Shown: positions 28,361 to 41,600 of the stretch, one piece after another | Layout of the letters: each line of letters begins with the position of its first letter | Numbering within the stretch: position 1 is the stretch's first letter | Virus record (IMG/VR): IMGVR_UViG_3300028833_000086 | Location: 32,001 to 96,000 of that record | DNA from: a virus | Lineage: Duplodnaviria; Caudoviricetes | Strand: one strand, 5' to 3' | Length of the DNA: 64,000 nucleotides | The notes under the pieces: model-generated | The model's database searches: none | Seen by the model: the letters and a program-made list of their open reading frames with translations, nothing else | What the model was told of the DNA's origin: nothing | Translations under genes and position numbers: made by a program

Positions 28361-30191
28361 ATGATTATGACAGTAGAAATCCATATTACGGAACATGAAT
28401 ATCACGATGAACTTCTCAAACAGATACCAGTACATTCAGACGGGACGCAACATCGTGAAGACTTGGCTCGCCTCGCCGCAGAGAGATGTAATATTCCTTT
28501 TGAATCTCTTGATTGTGTTATTTATGACACCAATGCATTCTCTATCCCTATATGGCCAAGAGAAGGAGAAAAATGATGATAAAAATAATGCTTGCATTTG
28601 ACGGAACAGAAGAAGACTTTCAGAAAAACATGGAAGCAGATGAAAATTTTGATCTTGTTGACAGTATTTATTATGCAATAAATTACTGTCAAAGAGGAGA
28701 AGAAACTTATCATAATAATATTCAAATTACCGTAAAAGAGGAGGATTAAATATGAGTAAAAGCGCAGTTGTATTTGAAGCACCGAGAGATGGATATACTA
28801 TAAAGCAGATAGAAGATAGAGCATTAACCATAGGGGAAGTTAAAGATATTCTTTCCCAGTATGACGAAGATGATTTGTTTGTGCTTAGCCACGACAACGG
28901 ATATACCTACGGATCAATTGAAAGGTATCCTGAATGTAGAGAAGTAGAAGAGGAGGAATGAATATGTTATATACAGCACCAAATCAAACATATACGAAAA
29001 AATATCTTGCCGAACTTAAAGATAAGTACGGAATTATTTATGACGGAAAAGGATGTTTTGCTTTTAAAGTAATTCCAAGAAAAATGAGTAATCCGCTTAT
29101 TCAATTATTAGCCGAAGATGATGGTACTCTTTCTGAGACCGATATTAAGTTTGATATCTATTGGATTAAAGATTTTATTAATAATTTACAAGCGGCTCAA
29201 ACATATGCAGATAAAATTAATTTCTGATAAGGAGAATGTGACTATGGAAAAGAAAATTATAGATAAGATTGATGAAACATATGAAATCTTAAACAAGAGA
29301 ATTGAGGATATTAACCTGAAGTTCAAGATATTGTTTGATGAATTACTTACAAAAGACGTAATTCATATGATAATCGCCATAAGAGACTTTAATAAAGGCA
29401 ACTATTCGTATAGATTCGCTGGTAATAAAACCATTATAATAGGCCTTCAATATAGAGCGAGTGAAAAAATAACCTGTTTTTATACGTTTAGATACGATGA
29501 CAACAGAAGTTTTAAAATGAATCTGTTAAATCCTATAGCCTACAATGATAATTACATTTATCACTTAGAAAGCCGAGCAAAAGAATTAAGTGTAATGGAA
29601 GATTATTATAAACTTATTATTAATAATCTCAAGAATATTATAGATGATATCACCGAGACTTATAGGAATATATCTGAAACTCAGTCTGATAAGTTAGATG
29701 CAATATTATCTCAATTTGATGCAGACTACACACCAACTAAACACATCAAAGTAACTGTTGAATGGGTATAAGGAGAAAAGCATATGAGAAGGGTAATCGA
29801 TGATACACATTTAGAAAGACTTGCAGATATGTTAACGGAAATCATTTTTGCTATTCCTGCTGACAAGGTAAGCGAATATGATTACGGCACATATCGTAGT
29901 CAGTCCCACTTAATAAAAGATTTTATATTAAAACACACAAATAATATTAAGTTTGGTCAGAGTATGAATAAGACGGGAATTGGGAACAATGGGTGTTATG
30001 AACTTATATATACTGGCGATCCCTTAGAAGAACAGATATTCGGGCTTATACATCTGACCAATAATATGTACGGAGGAACTATTTGTTGGATAAGTGATTA
30101 CGATAATAACATAGAATGGAAATCTCGTACGATTCATGGATGTAATCCCAAAGATGAAAGAGCCGTTGCAAGATTAAGATATGCAGAATAA
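28361..30191 (+). other. Cluster of about 6 small hypothetical genes
   Basis: Consecutive ORFs with RBSs. Confidence 0.55.
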
Positions 30192-30272
30192 AAGAGGTAA
30201 ATATGAATAAGGATCCGCCGCACTTAACACAGCAACAAGTTAACAGCAGACTTAAATCTAGGAGGAACGAAT

Positions 30273-30923
30273 ATGAATGTTAAAGTTGTATCGGTTGCTC
30301 AATTTGAAAGGGAGACAGGAATTCACATCTCACATTTGTCTGGCAAAATGGATAAGGTAAGAGCGCTTTCAACATATGCGGGACAGAACCCGAGTTGTAA
30401 AGCAATGATGAAGAACGATAAGACTGTTTGTTCTCATTGTTACGCCTATAAGCAGGTTGAGTCTGGTGTATACCCGAATCAGAGAACGGCGCTTGAGCGA
30501 AATGGAAAGGCGTTAAGTAATAAATTACTTACTATCGTACCCAACTTATCAAAGCAGGAGATATTCCGTTTTGAATCTCACGGCGACATTATAAATGTAA
30601 TTCATGCACGCAATTACATTAGGATCGCCAAGGCAAATCCAACTGTAAACTTTGCAGCATGGACAAAACGTCCTTCAATATGGGAATCGGCAATTGGAAA
30701 GGAGGGAAAGCCCGATAATCTTAAGATAGTTTACAGTAGTCCTATTGTAAACTATCCTGCTGAAGTTTGGAACAGATTCACTTTCGTAGATAGCATATTC
30801 ACGGTGTATGAGAAAGGAGTTGTAGCACCAAATCAAACACCATGCCAGTGTGGTAAAGGATCTTGTAACAGATGCAGATTCTGTTATACCAAAAGTGGAA
30901 TGATCGCCGAAACATTACGATAA
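30273..30923 (+). CDS. Gp88-like (radical-SAM-related) protein
   Basis: SGKM, C....VCSHCYA, FRFESHGD, WTKR, C-terminal C..C.FCY. Confidence 0.72.
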   Translation: MNVKVVSVAQFERETGIHISHLSGKMDKVRALSTYAGQNPSCKAMMKNDKTVCSHCYAYKQVESGVYPNQRTALERNGKALSNKLLTIVPNLSKQEIFRFESHGDIINVIHARNYIRIAKANPTVNFAAWTKRPSIWESAIGKEGKPDNLKIVYSSPIVNYPAEVWNRFTFVDSIFTVYEKGVVAPNQTPCQCGKGSCNRCRFCYTKSGMIAETLR

Positions 30924-30950
30924 CTTGACAATATAACAAAGGAGAGTATA

Positions 30951-31310
30951 ATGAGTAGAGTAGCATACAAACTTATGAGACTTAAGAAAGACGGAAAAGT
31001 TTATCCATTGTTTATTGATAAGGGAACGCCAACCAAGTTTGGTAAATGGCTCCCTGCAGAATGTCACCCGACAAAGGGATTTGCTGTTCGTCAAGGTTGG
31101 CACTGTTGTTTTACGCCCTATGCTCCACATCTCAAAGAGAAGTTAGCAAGTGGAGAACAGAGAGTATGGGTTGAGGTAATGGTTGATGATTATACAACTT
31201 ACGACCGTCCTGAATCACAAGGAGGAGCGTGGATCCTTGCTAATAAAATGAAGGCAATTCGCACCATAACAATGGAAGAGGCCGAACAGATTAGAAAGGA
31301 GGCAGCATGA
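30951..31310 (+). CDS. Conserved hypothetical phage protein
   Basis: YPLFI, GFA.R.GWH, ESQGG.W. Confidence 0.7.
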   Translation: MSRVAYKLMRLKKDGKVYPLFIDKGTPTKFGKWLPAECHPTKGFAVRQGWHCCFTPYAPHLKEKLASGEQRVWVEVMVDDYTTYDRPESQGGAWILANKMKAIRTITMEEAEQIRKEAA

Positions 31311-32544
31311 TTACATTTGAACAGGGAGTTGAAATAGGACATCCCGATAGGTTAGGTATGACAAAACTCTTATTGGCTTGTGAACACTTCGAACGCTTAA
31401 GTAATTATCAAATACAGGCTAGAGTTAAAGATACATGGGCTGACCTTGGTGCTCGATTATGGTACAAGCAAATCGTAATCTATAGAGGTTGCGAAAATGA
31501 TTCTTTTCAAATAAATCCGAATGAAAGGGAAGCAATACTTAATTCCAGCAATGATGCTGAAATAATCTGGGCTGTTAAACACGCAATGGAAAACTATCCT
31601 GAACTTTATACAAAATCAAAATGGAGGAAGTAAATATGGCAAAATATGAAGTGCAGCTTGTGAACCAACACTATTATAGCTCAATAATTGAAGCTGAGGA
31701 TAGAGAAGAAGCCGAGAAAAAAGCAGAAGAACTTTTATCTGAACTTGGTACCAGCATCATGACATTCAATGAAGAATCTTGGGTTGATGAAATAGAGGAG
31801 GTAGAAGAATGAGATATTATTTTACAGACTTTTATAATTGGGAACAGCCGAAAATTGATCAGCTCCGCAAGGAAGGTAAGTATGTCTATTCTGTAATTGA
31901 TGATGAGGGCGAACATTACTCTATCAGAAGATGGGGGATCTGTAATAGATTCGCTTTCCTTGTTACAGATGTAGACATCATACCCGCCGATGAAGATTCA
32001 ATAATGGATGAAGAGTTTTTTGACATTGACGGTGAGGAAGATGAATGGGTTGCAATTCCCTTTAAAGATGTATCGGCCGAGTGTGCAGCAAAGAGAAAAG
32101 AGTTTGAAGCAGGGAGATACGCATGAAGTACACAATTAAAATTCAATACAATGACGGAACAGTTGTTGGCTGGGTAACAAAAGATCGTTGGCTTGTTAAG
32201 TATATACTTAACAAAGAGGGTAGACGATATGATAAGCAAATTATAAGAGCAATTGTGAGAGGGGAGTGCGTATGAATATCGATATAGTATATGACAATAT
32301 AACAAACTTATTAAAAGAGAACCACATGTTTGCCGAAATAGGAGTGATGCCGATAGAAAATAAAATTGAATTTGAAATTCATCGGGGAGATTGGAAACAT
32401 GATCATCTGCGCCTTGATTTGTTAGTTCAGGACTATCTTAATAATAATGGAATTCACTTCATCAAAAGTGAGTGTGTAACCGAAGAAGATAGCAGCGACT
32501 GTTACTCATCTATCCATTATTACAGGCTGCTAGGTGTAAGTTAA
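31307..32544 (+). other. Small hypothetical genes (incl. DpnD/PcfM-like 31621..31812)
   Basis: Coupled ORFs; KYEV...IEAEDREEA. Confidence 0.5.
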
Positions 32545-32747
32545 TGGGCGGCAAGATGCATGCTGGGACATATAGTGTGAGAGATTTTAAACGCTTATTA
32601 TTAGATAATGGTTTTGAGCATATAAGACAAAGTGGTAGTCACATAATATATAAGCGCGGAAAAGAAACACTATCAATGCCCAGTCATAAACCTAGTCAAA
32701 CTTGTTTGTACGATCTGATCAAACAATATAATTTAAAAGTGAGGTAA
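32544..32747 (+). CDS. hicA: Second HicA-family protein, no adjacent HicB
   Basis: RDFKRLLLDNGF..IRQSGSHIIY...SMPSH. Confidence 0.78.
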   Translation: MGGKMHAGTYSVRDFKRLLLDNGFEHIRQSGSHIIYKRGKETLSMPSHKPSQTCLYDLIKQYNLKVR

Positions 32748-32754
32748 ACTTATT

Positions 32755-35537
32755 ATGAGTAAAAAACTTTGGTATGAAGGGATCCGCTTTAACGATTACA
32801 TTGATGCAGAAGATGATAACGAACTTGGTATCTGTTGGAACTACTTATGTGCGCAGCACTACAACAAGTACCGTAAGATGTTTCCAAAGAAAAGAATTAG
32901 TGACTGCCCCGCAATAGCCACATGTTCAGTGGCTGGTTGTGGATGCCAAGCTCGTTATTGTCTTGATGTATATAAGAAAACTGCGGAGGGATTTAAATAT
33001 GATAAAACATTACACGGTTGATGATTTTCTATCAGCAACAGAACTAAAAGCAATGCCGATCGGTTCCCACATCACGGGAACCGATACTTACTACACAGCA
33101 ATTAAGACGGAAGCAGATGTATGGACATTTAATGATCGCATTGATACGATGCATGATCGCACGTCTTATTTTATTGCCAACGTATTTGAAGATACAGAGT
33201 TTGATGTTTACACATTAGATGTGTAATTGACAATATAATATGGAGGAAAAACATGAGTCAAATAACGGAAAACACCGTAGTCATTAAGCCTGATGCTGAA
33301 GAAAGAGTTATGAATGATCTCGCGGATTATGGTTGCTCTGGTATCAATAAGGTTTGGAGCAATGATAAGATGGTCATAATCTTATTTGACAACAACGGAG
33401 ATAATCCTTGGGATATTGAGGGAATAGATAACCTTCAGGCTGATTGGGAAGATTTCTATGTAATAGAAACTAATTATGAAGATGATGATGGGTATTGGAC
33501 ACAGGTATTTGTTGATGGTTGTGGTGTACCATATGATGGTGAAGCTCTTGATTGGTTGTTTGACAATTTGACTTTTGATGAATATCAGAAAGTAAAAGAA
33601 CTGGTTGTATACACAATTTAATAGGGAGGTGTAGCATGTATAACTTTAATTGGCATATGTCAGAAAAAGATTGGGACAATTTTAGGAAAGGAACTGGTAA
33701 CTTCTGTGGTTCTGTTCTAATAGGAATTATGTTGATTGAGTTTATTTATGATGAAATTCAGTATACAAATAGTTTTGTTGCTGGTATGGACGCTGGATAC
33801 GGATATCTTAAAGATGGTACCCCTTATAATTTAATAGATGATGAAATTAATTTGAAATACGCACTTAAAGCGAGATCCTTTGAGAGCTTTAAACACAGGA
33901 TTGAAGAGTCGTTTATAACTATATGTAAGAAATATCCTCAATGGGAAGAATGGGCAACAACAGAAAAGGAGATTGCTTGGAATTAAGGAGGGAATAATAT
34001 GATAGCAACAAGAAAAGTAAACAAAAACGTAGTGGCGGTATTATCATTTGGAGCTTATCCCGCATCCATGGCTCTTCGCAATAGTGGCCGAGATTATTAT
34101 GGTACAGAAAAAGACGCTGTACATTTTGAAGAAGATAAATTGGTTATAAACAAAAAAGTGCTGGATCATTTTGGACTAAGTTTGGAGGTGAGAGTGTGAA
34201 AGCAACAGTAACTTTAATGCATAAGGTAACCGTAGTTGTAGAACCTATCGTAAAAAAGGAATATATTGAGCCAACACGCAAAGAAAAGAAAGAATGGAAA
34301 GAATATCTTTACAATTCTTTATGCATCCTTGCAACGGAAAGACCAGAGTTTTACCCACGCAAAAAAGATTCTTTACAGACTATGCTTGAGTCTTTCTTAA
34401 GTTGGGCTGACAATTATAACGATGGTTATTTCACAGAAAAAGATAATGCCGACACAGACAGATACTGTGCTTGGCTGGTACAAGAACAGATGATGAAAAA
34501 TGACTGGAAACGATTTTTACAAGAATACGACCACCCGTTTGATGCATAAAAACACGAACAAAGAACGCTCAAAAAAGGAGAATTCTATGAAAATAAAACA
34601 TTGGCAAGGATACGGTAGCGTTGATGTATTCAAAAAAGAAAGAGAAGTACGCAGTGATGGCTGCGTGAGATTGCATTTACAGGTTCGCGGCAATCATGAA
34701 TGGGGCATCGAACGCAAAGATGTTTATGATGTAGTGCGCTGGATCGGACATAAGTGTGATGCAAACTTAATTGACGAGCGTCAAGTATGTGAACTGCTAA
34801 CTGATAACTGGTGGGATAGTAATAAGCATGAAGATGTATGCGATTACTACATACTCTATTTACTGGAGGGCTAACATGAAAATTGAAATCTATAACTTAA
34901 ACCATTCAGGTAATCATCCGCCAGCCGAAGTCTTTACGCCTAAAAAGAAAATTGAAAAGGGTCATTTCCTTTCTGAATTTGATATAAACATGTAGAAGAA
35001 GACACCAGAAGTAAACACACCTCGCTGGACAGGCTATACCTTATCGGATGGGACGCATGTACCCGCTGTCCTTTGTGGGCGAATCTTCAAAGGGAAGAAG
35101 GAAAAACTTAAGGAACAGGAAGCTAAAGAGTTTGATAAGATAAGGAGGGAATACACATGAAAGTAAATTTTTATGATGATCCTGAAAAAATGCGTGACTT
35201 TGTTGTGCTTACAAAAGATCAATTTCTGTGTAGTTATAGTTACCTAACAGAAGAAGAATATGATAACACAAAGGCAATTTATTTGAAACAACATATTGAT
35301 CACAAGGTAAAGAAGATTATTGACGAATTTAATCTTCCTGCAAATTATATTCAGGTAAGCATTGATGATGATGATATGTACTCAATAATCATAGATAATG
35401 GAATATGGTTATCTTGTGCTAGTGGAATAGAAGTATACGATGAACTAATAACGTTGGAACGTGGTATTGCTATAGGGAGGGATACAATTTGGAAGCAACT
35501 TTGTGACTATATTCACTTGACAAAAAAGCAATTTTAA
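32755..35537 (+). other. Cluster of about 9 small hypothetical genes
   Basis: Consecutive ORFs with RBSs. Confidence 0.55.
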
Positions 35538-35543
35538 TATATT

Positions 35544-36371
35544 ATGCAAAAGAAAGGAGAATTGCTTATGGTAATTATAGTTTTTCTATGTATCTTTATT
35601 ATCTCCAGTATGCTTGCATCGGGCAGCGAATTATTTGGTGATATAAGAAAGATGTTTGATGCACAAGAAAATAATAGGCCGACTTACCAAGATCATAAAG
35701 GAACTCTAAGAAATAGTTCCAATGGCCACAGTGTTAATATAGGAGAAAGTGGAAAATTATATGACTCATGGTCAGGTGAAATGATCCATAATCCTTATGC
35801 CAGCAAGGAAAGTGAACAGCGAGCCAAGGAAAATAAATTAGGATATGGCAAACATAGAGTATTTAACAATAGTACTGAAGAATGTATTAATTTTGGTAAC
35901 TATGGTCATAAGGTAGTTTATAGAGAAGGCGGCGTTCTCTATGGAAAACTTAATTGTAATCTTGGTTATCAGTTCTGGGTTAACCTGAGCAATGGAATTA
36001 TGGAGGAAACGGAACTCTCAAAGAGGATCCCTCATACAGAAGTTGAAAAGTATCATAGAAAACCTATTGATAATAGGAAGAGAAAAAATCAAACATATAT
36101 AGATGATTATAAGAGACCTTATACTCAAGCTGAAAAGGAAAGAGAAAATGAAAAGATATTAAAACATCTCGAAAATCATAATCGAAATGTAATGAATGAT
36201 CCAACATTATCTAAAAAACAGAAGTTCACACCATGGTGGTGTCATAATCCAATAAATGGTCGATCAGAAAATTGTCATCATGAATATGATGATGATATTA
36301 TTTACGATTATGAATTTAAATACGAAGAGAAACCTTTTATGACAAAAACAGAGGAGGGCTGGAATGATTAA
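35544..36371 (+). CDS. Membrane-anchored hypothetical protein with own promoter
   Basis: N-terminal hydrophobic helix; TTGACA(35517)-17-TATTAT implies a start at the second Met. Confidence 0.6.
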   Translation: MQKKGELLMVIIVFLCIFIISSMLASGSELFGDIRKMFDAQENNRPTYQDHKGTLRNSSNGHSVNIGESGKLYDSWSGEMIHNPYASKESEQRAKENKLGYGKHRVFNNSTEECINFGNYGHKVVYREGGVLYGKLNCNLGYQFWVNLSNGIMEETELSKRIPHTEVEKYHRKPIDNRKRKNQTYIDDYKRPYTQAEKERENEKILKHLENHNRNVMNDPTLSKKQKFTPWWCHNPINGRSENCHHEYDDDIIYDYEFKYEEKPFMTKTEEGWND

Positions 36372-36843
36372 TGAATATAATGTTCTTTATGACGTCAATG
36401 ATATTCCAAAAATAAATGTTTTACGAAGTTATAAAGACGCTCCTAAAGATAATACTTCAATATTAAGCCAGCTTAAATATCTTGAAAGCAAAACAAATTT
36501 AAAAGATTTAGCTTATGAACAAGTTTATATATTGTCTCATAATATAAATCAAAGAATTAAAGGTTTTATGTGTGTAGGCAGTGGAGATTATGATCACTGT
36601 GATATTTTCTTTAGAAATATTGGAATGTTTCTCCTCTTATCAGGAGCAGAAATGGCAACTATAGTTCATAATCACCCCGAAGATGTAAGGGAACAGAGCA
36701 CAGATGATGAAGACTTGACACAAAAATTCAGTACCGTGTGTGATATGTTTAATATAAAGAATTGTGGATCATATATAATATCTCGTAGCGGCATAACACA
36801 GATACCCCTTGGAGTATTTTATGATTGGAGGTTTATAAAATGA
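36364..36843 (+). CDS. RadC-like JAB domain protein
   Basis: E..(YEQV), HNHP.....S..D. Confidence 0.75.
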   Translation: MINEYNVLYDVNDIPKINVLRSYKDAPKDNTSILSQLKYLESKTNLKDLAYEQVYILSHNINQRIKGFMCVGSGDYDHCDIFFRNIGMFLLLSGAEMATIVHNHPEDVREQSTDDEDLTQKFSTVCDMFNIKNCGSYIISRSGITQIPLGVFYDWRFIK

Positions 36844-37874
36844 AAGGTAGATTAGAGAATGAACTTAAAATTGATAAGACAATTGAAAGAATGGTGGAAG
36901 ATTTACCGATTGAAGTTACAAAATGGAATAACCTTATGGACGCATCAAGAAAGACACCTGCGACAAGGAGAGATTTTGTAACAAAAATAAGATATTTTAT
37001 TTGCGCCCTTACTGATAATCCCAGAAAATATAAGCTTAATACTCTTACTGAAGAAGATGTTATTAGGTTTATGAAGAAGATCCGCACAAGGGAAAATGAG
37101 GTAGGTGATATAGTTGAAACGAGTGATTCATACCAAAATACAGTATGGTGTTGTCTAAATAGTTTTCTTGGATATCTTGCAAAAGAAGGGGTCATTCCAT
37201 ACAACTACATGCAGGATATAAAGAAGGGTAGAAATCATGATCTCGAAAGGATCAATGAGCACAGAGTTCTTTTGACCAGCAGAGATTTTAAACAGATAGT
37301 AAGAGCACTTGACAAGGTAGATCAAAATCAAATTGGTCGCACAAATGCTTATAATAGAGATAAACTTATTATTCTCTTGCTTATGACTACTGGTATGAGA
37401 GAAACGGCACTCATTGAAATAAATCTTGAAGACATTCATCTTGACACTCAAAGTTTATATGTAATTGATAAAGGAAAATTGCCTCATAAATATTTCCTTG
37501 AAGATGAAGTGTGTGATGTTATAAGAGATTATCTTGCTGATCGAAAAGAAATGTTATTTGATAAGGCAGAAATGACCGATGCTTTATTTATTTCAAAGTA
37601 TGGAGAAAGAATATCTGCAAAAGGAGTTTCAAATATTGTAAAAAAATATACCAAGGCTGCCCTCGGCAAGGAATTGTCTCCTCACAAGTTAAGAGCTGGA
37701 TTCTGCTCCATTCTTTATAATAAGACACACGATACAGAATTTGTTCGTCGTGCGGTTGGACATTCAAATATATCTACTACTCAAAGATATATTGTAACTG
37801 GCGGAGACGAAAAGAGACAGAGTGCTTCCATAATTAGCAAGGCAATTGGAATTGATATTTCTGATGATGATTGA
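36840..37874 (+). CDS. Tyrosine recombinase
   Basis: TGMR, K, PHKLR, GHS, TQRY catalytic set. Confidence 0.9.
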   Translation: MKGRLENELKIDKTIERMVEDLPIEVTKWNNLMDASRKTPATRRDFVTKIRYFICALTDNPRKYKLNTLTEEDVIRFMKKIRTRENEVGDIVETSDSYQNTVWCCLNSFLGYLAKEGVIPYNYMQDIKKGRNHDLERINEHRVLLTSRDFKQIVRALDKVDQNQIGRTNAYNRDKLIILLLMTTGMRETALIEINLEDIHLDTQSLYVIDKGKLPHKYFLEDEVCDVIRDYLADRKEMLFDKAEMTDALFISKYGERISAKGVSNIVKKYTKAALGKELSPHKLRAGFCSILYNKTHDTEFVRRAVGHSNISTTQRYIVTGGDEKRQSASIISKAIGIDISDDD

Positions 37875-37891
37875 TATAGGAGGTAATTAAT

Positions 37892-38242
37892 ATGAAACAT
37901 GCAAATCTCAACTCTCGCGGAATCGAACGTGTATGTATCTACGGCGACTGGGGACGCCGCACAGTGTACCAAAAGCCAAACGAATGGGTGTTCTACGTAT
38001 TTATAGACGGTTATCAGATCCGAGTGTGGCATAAGGCAGATTATTTTTCCACCACACCTGACGAGGAATTCATCCATAACTTGCCCACCACATACTGCTG
38101 TCACGGCTGTGCCGTAAAGTTAGACCGTGCCACAGATATCTACTACGTGCCAGTACGCGACGGTTATAAGGTAATGTACAGTACAGAGGAAGTGCGTGCC
38201 TATATAGAAAAGCAGTTAGAAAGACTTGACATAATAATATAA
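37892..38242 (+). CDS. Hypothetical protein
   Basis: GGAGG RBS. Confidence 0.55.
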   Translation: MKHANLNSRGIERVCIYGDWGRRTVYQKPNEWVFYVFIDGYQIRVWHKADYFSTTPDEEFIHNLPTTYCCHGCAVKLDRATDIYYVPVRDGYKVMYSTEEVRAYIEKQLERLDIII

Positions 38243-38253
38243 GGAGATATATA

Positions 38254-38679
38254 ATGAGACTATGGCATAGAGATTTAATTAAATATTTGCCTAAATTGCA
38301 GCTGCTGTCCCAGTGGCGCGAGTGTTGCTGCATAGCAAAGAATATAGCGGATAAGGGAACGCCCAACCACATCCTTGTTAACAAAATCATGAACTATCCA
38401 ATGGACGACTTTTGGAATTACACACGCCTTGTAACGGAAGAGATGCGCCGACGTGGATATAAGGTAGATGTGGACAAGTTTACTAAACATTATTACAAGT
38501 TCGGGGATCCGCTGCCAGCGCCTAACAACAATCCATTTGTTGGCTGGCACAATGATCGATACTTAAAACAGTGCTATTACAATTTATCCGAGAAATATGA
38601 TTGTGGCGGAATACCAAAGGAAGAATGGGAAAGAATAGCAGTTTATTGGTATATGGCTCATATTGCAAAAGGAGTTTAA
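38254..38679 (+). CDS. Pyrimidine dimer DNA glycosylase (DenV-like)
   Basis: MRLWH..LI..LP..QLL.QWRE, EM.RRGY, H.D.YL..C..NL.EK. Confidence 0.78.
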   Translation: MRLWHRDLIKYLPKLQLLSQWRECCCIAKNIADKGTPNHILVNKIMNYPMDDFWNYTRLVTEEMRRRGYKVDVDKFTKHYYKFGDPLPAPNNNPFVGWHNDRYLKQCYYNLSEKYDCGGIPKEEWERIAVYWYMAHIAKGV

Positions 38680-41600
38680 ATGACTAATCAAGAAGTCCAC
38701 GACATAATGGAAAACGAATTACGCTGTGTTCAGACGGCAAGTACAAACTGTTGTGACAGAGACTGCGGTAAATGTCCACTGGTAATGGATACAGATAGGA
38801 TCATCAAGGCATATGGTATTGTAATTAAGATATTGGAGGGAAAAGATGAAGGTAATGATTGATATACCTGATCACATTTACGGTATGGTAGTGAATTCAG
38901 GTACCTTTGGCTGCTATAGATTTAAAACAACAGCAGCAATAAAGAAAGGTATAGCATTTTCTGATGATGATACAAACGGAGATGTGTTACACACATTATT
39001 TCCTGATGTAGAAATAGAACATTTCACTGAAGAAGGCTATGATTCTTATGATTTTGGAGATATAGCTACATTTGATTCTGACTGGTGGAACGCACCTTGG
39101 TGCGGCTATGAAAAGAAAAAGGAGACGAATAATGAGTAGATATATAGATGCAACTGAATTAAATGGTTATAAGTTTGGTCTTATATCTCCGTATGCTCAG
39201 AAGTTGTTTCATCAGACTATTGATGAAGCACCCACAGTCAAGGCAATTCCCATATCGGAATTAGAGTATATTATAAACCATATTGAAGAAGACGTGATTC
39301 GGTACAAGATGATATGTGCATTGGTGGAGAGGTATAAGAATGAGTGATTATAGGTGAAATATAATATCTGCGCGTCAAAAAGAATCGAAATTCTATTGAC
39401 GCAAGATGAAGTTGGAGGTAATCATGAGAATAATTGATAAACAGTATGACTACTATGATTATTTGCAGAACTATACAGACACCATAGTATTTGATCGCAG
39501 AGGTTCGTGTGTATTAACTAAGGAAAATGTGTGTCAGGCGTTATTACCTTATGATGACAGAACTGATAAGTATTTACTCTTACTACATTGTGGCGCAACA
39601 TACTGGCTTATTTTAGCCACAATTACCGAAAAGGGAAAGGATTATTGGGGGACACGTGTGATGCCCAAGGATTACGACCTCAAGGTTCTGAGTAAGTGGT
39701 CAGATTATTCTAAAGAAAGAGAGCTGATTTCTCTTAGCGTTATCACGGTTCCTATGTGGAAAATATATAGCAACGTATACTCACGCGAAGTGGTCGAAGA
39801 AGCTGTTATTAAGTACATGGACGAAATTAAAGAAGCAATTCGAGTTAATGATTATAATTGTTCTGTAATACGTAACTCATATTGTAGGGAGTGGGATTAT
39901 GCTGAACAGAAGTATATCAAGCAGTATCGACCTCCACTTCTTAAGGCTTGTGGCATATCTGATATAATTGATCCTATGGAAATTTTCCTCGCCATTGAGG
40001 AACACTTCTCGTTGCTTAAGACCGAGGCTGAGCGAACGGAACCATTGGGTGCGACCAATGATGACAAAATAATTATGCACGGATTTGACACAAAGACGTC
40101 GTTTAGAGGAAAGTAATTTGATCCAATTCACTTACGAAAGGGAGACCATAATATGTCAAACGCAATCAAAACCTACAACAGCATCATGTGGAGCATCTGC
40201 CGCGAGTATAACACAATTGGTACGTCCATGACCGAGGATGCGGAAACAAGAAACAAGTGGAATTTGCGCGATCTGGTGTCCGAAATGCAGTACACATTAG
40301 ACATCTACAATGATCCAGACTGCTGCTACTATGAAGAAGCACACGATCCTGATGCAAGTTACCACAAGGAGGCGTTAAAGGAATGGAAATCACTTACCGC
40401 CCGCATGAAGAGATTTATTAACAAATACAGAGCAGAAGCAATGACAATGCGATGCACGGAAGGTCACTGTTCAAAATTTGATTAAGGAGACTAAAATGGA
40501 AAATAAAACTGTAATAATGTTGTGTCCTACTTTCCGTAGAGCCGTGTATGAGTGGGAGAGGCTGGCTGAACTGCCTTTGTGGGCGAAGGTAAACAAGCCT
40601 CAGCTCACCTTGACCTCGATCTTTGGCAACACATGGAAGTTTGTGGTCGAGACAGAGGGGCAGCGTGGGCTGCGCGGCTATCATGGAGAAATAATAAGTG
40701 TTGATGATTTCGATTGGAATACGGAGGGATAATAATGGAAAGCAAACTTGACATTGCAAAAAAGATAATAGAGGAGCAGTACGAATATTACCGATGCGGC
40801 ATCTTTAACAGTCGCAACACAGCGGGCGATCACATGTGCACTATCTATAACGAAAACGGTTTAGTCATAGATGTGTGCGACGACTGGGAGTACTTTGAAG
40901 TGTTTGGACTTACTCAGAAAGAGTTTAATGAGCTGTCAGATTTCTATGACAAATTAAGGGGGGGAAGAGAAAATGATAGACGCAAAGAAAGCAAGGTTTG
41001 AAACAAAGTATAGGGAACGAGTAAACGAGATCCTGATTGATTGTGAAAAAGAAATAAAAGCGGCGATCAGTAAGGGAAAATATGAGGCAAATGTAAATAT
41101 ATGGATTGGTAATACTTCTGAAGAAGTATATGCAGAGGTGTTAAAGCAACTTGAAGACCTTGGGTACAATACTCATCTTGGTGATGAAAGAATAAAAACT
41201 AAAGACGCGCCTTGTGATCAGTGTGCCTATTGGGAGAGTCTAAAAATTAATTGGGTGGATTAATTATACACTATGAGAGGAAGAGAACGATATATGATCT
41301 ACTTTAGCACACGCGAAAAACTTGTTAAAGAATATTATGACTGGTTAAAAGAAAATCCAACTGTTGAAGATTGTGCTTTTAATTTAATATCTTTTTTGGA
41401 ATCAAAATATTATCTGGATGATCTCTATATAAAAAAGACACACCCACCATATAATTATTATCTTGAAACTTTAGATAAGGAGGAAATAATATGTATGCAG
41501 AAGTAATTGTTTATGATGATAACGGAATAAAAAAGAACGATAAGCCATATCGGATTCCTGCTGAGAAAATATATGAACACACGACTATGGAACCTTATTA

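Noticed and set aside
36840-37874. Prophage integrase with attP
   Set aside because: No att-like site or host junction seen; embedded among early genes.
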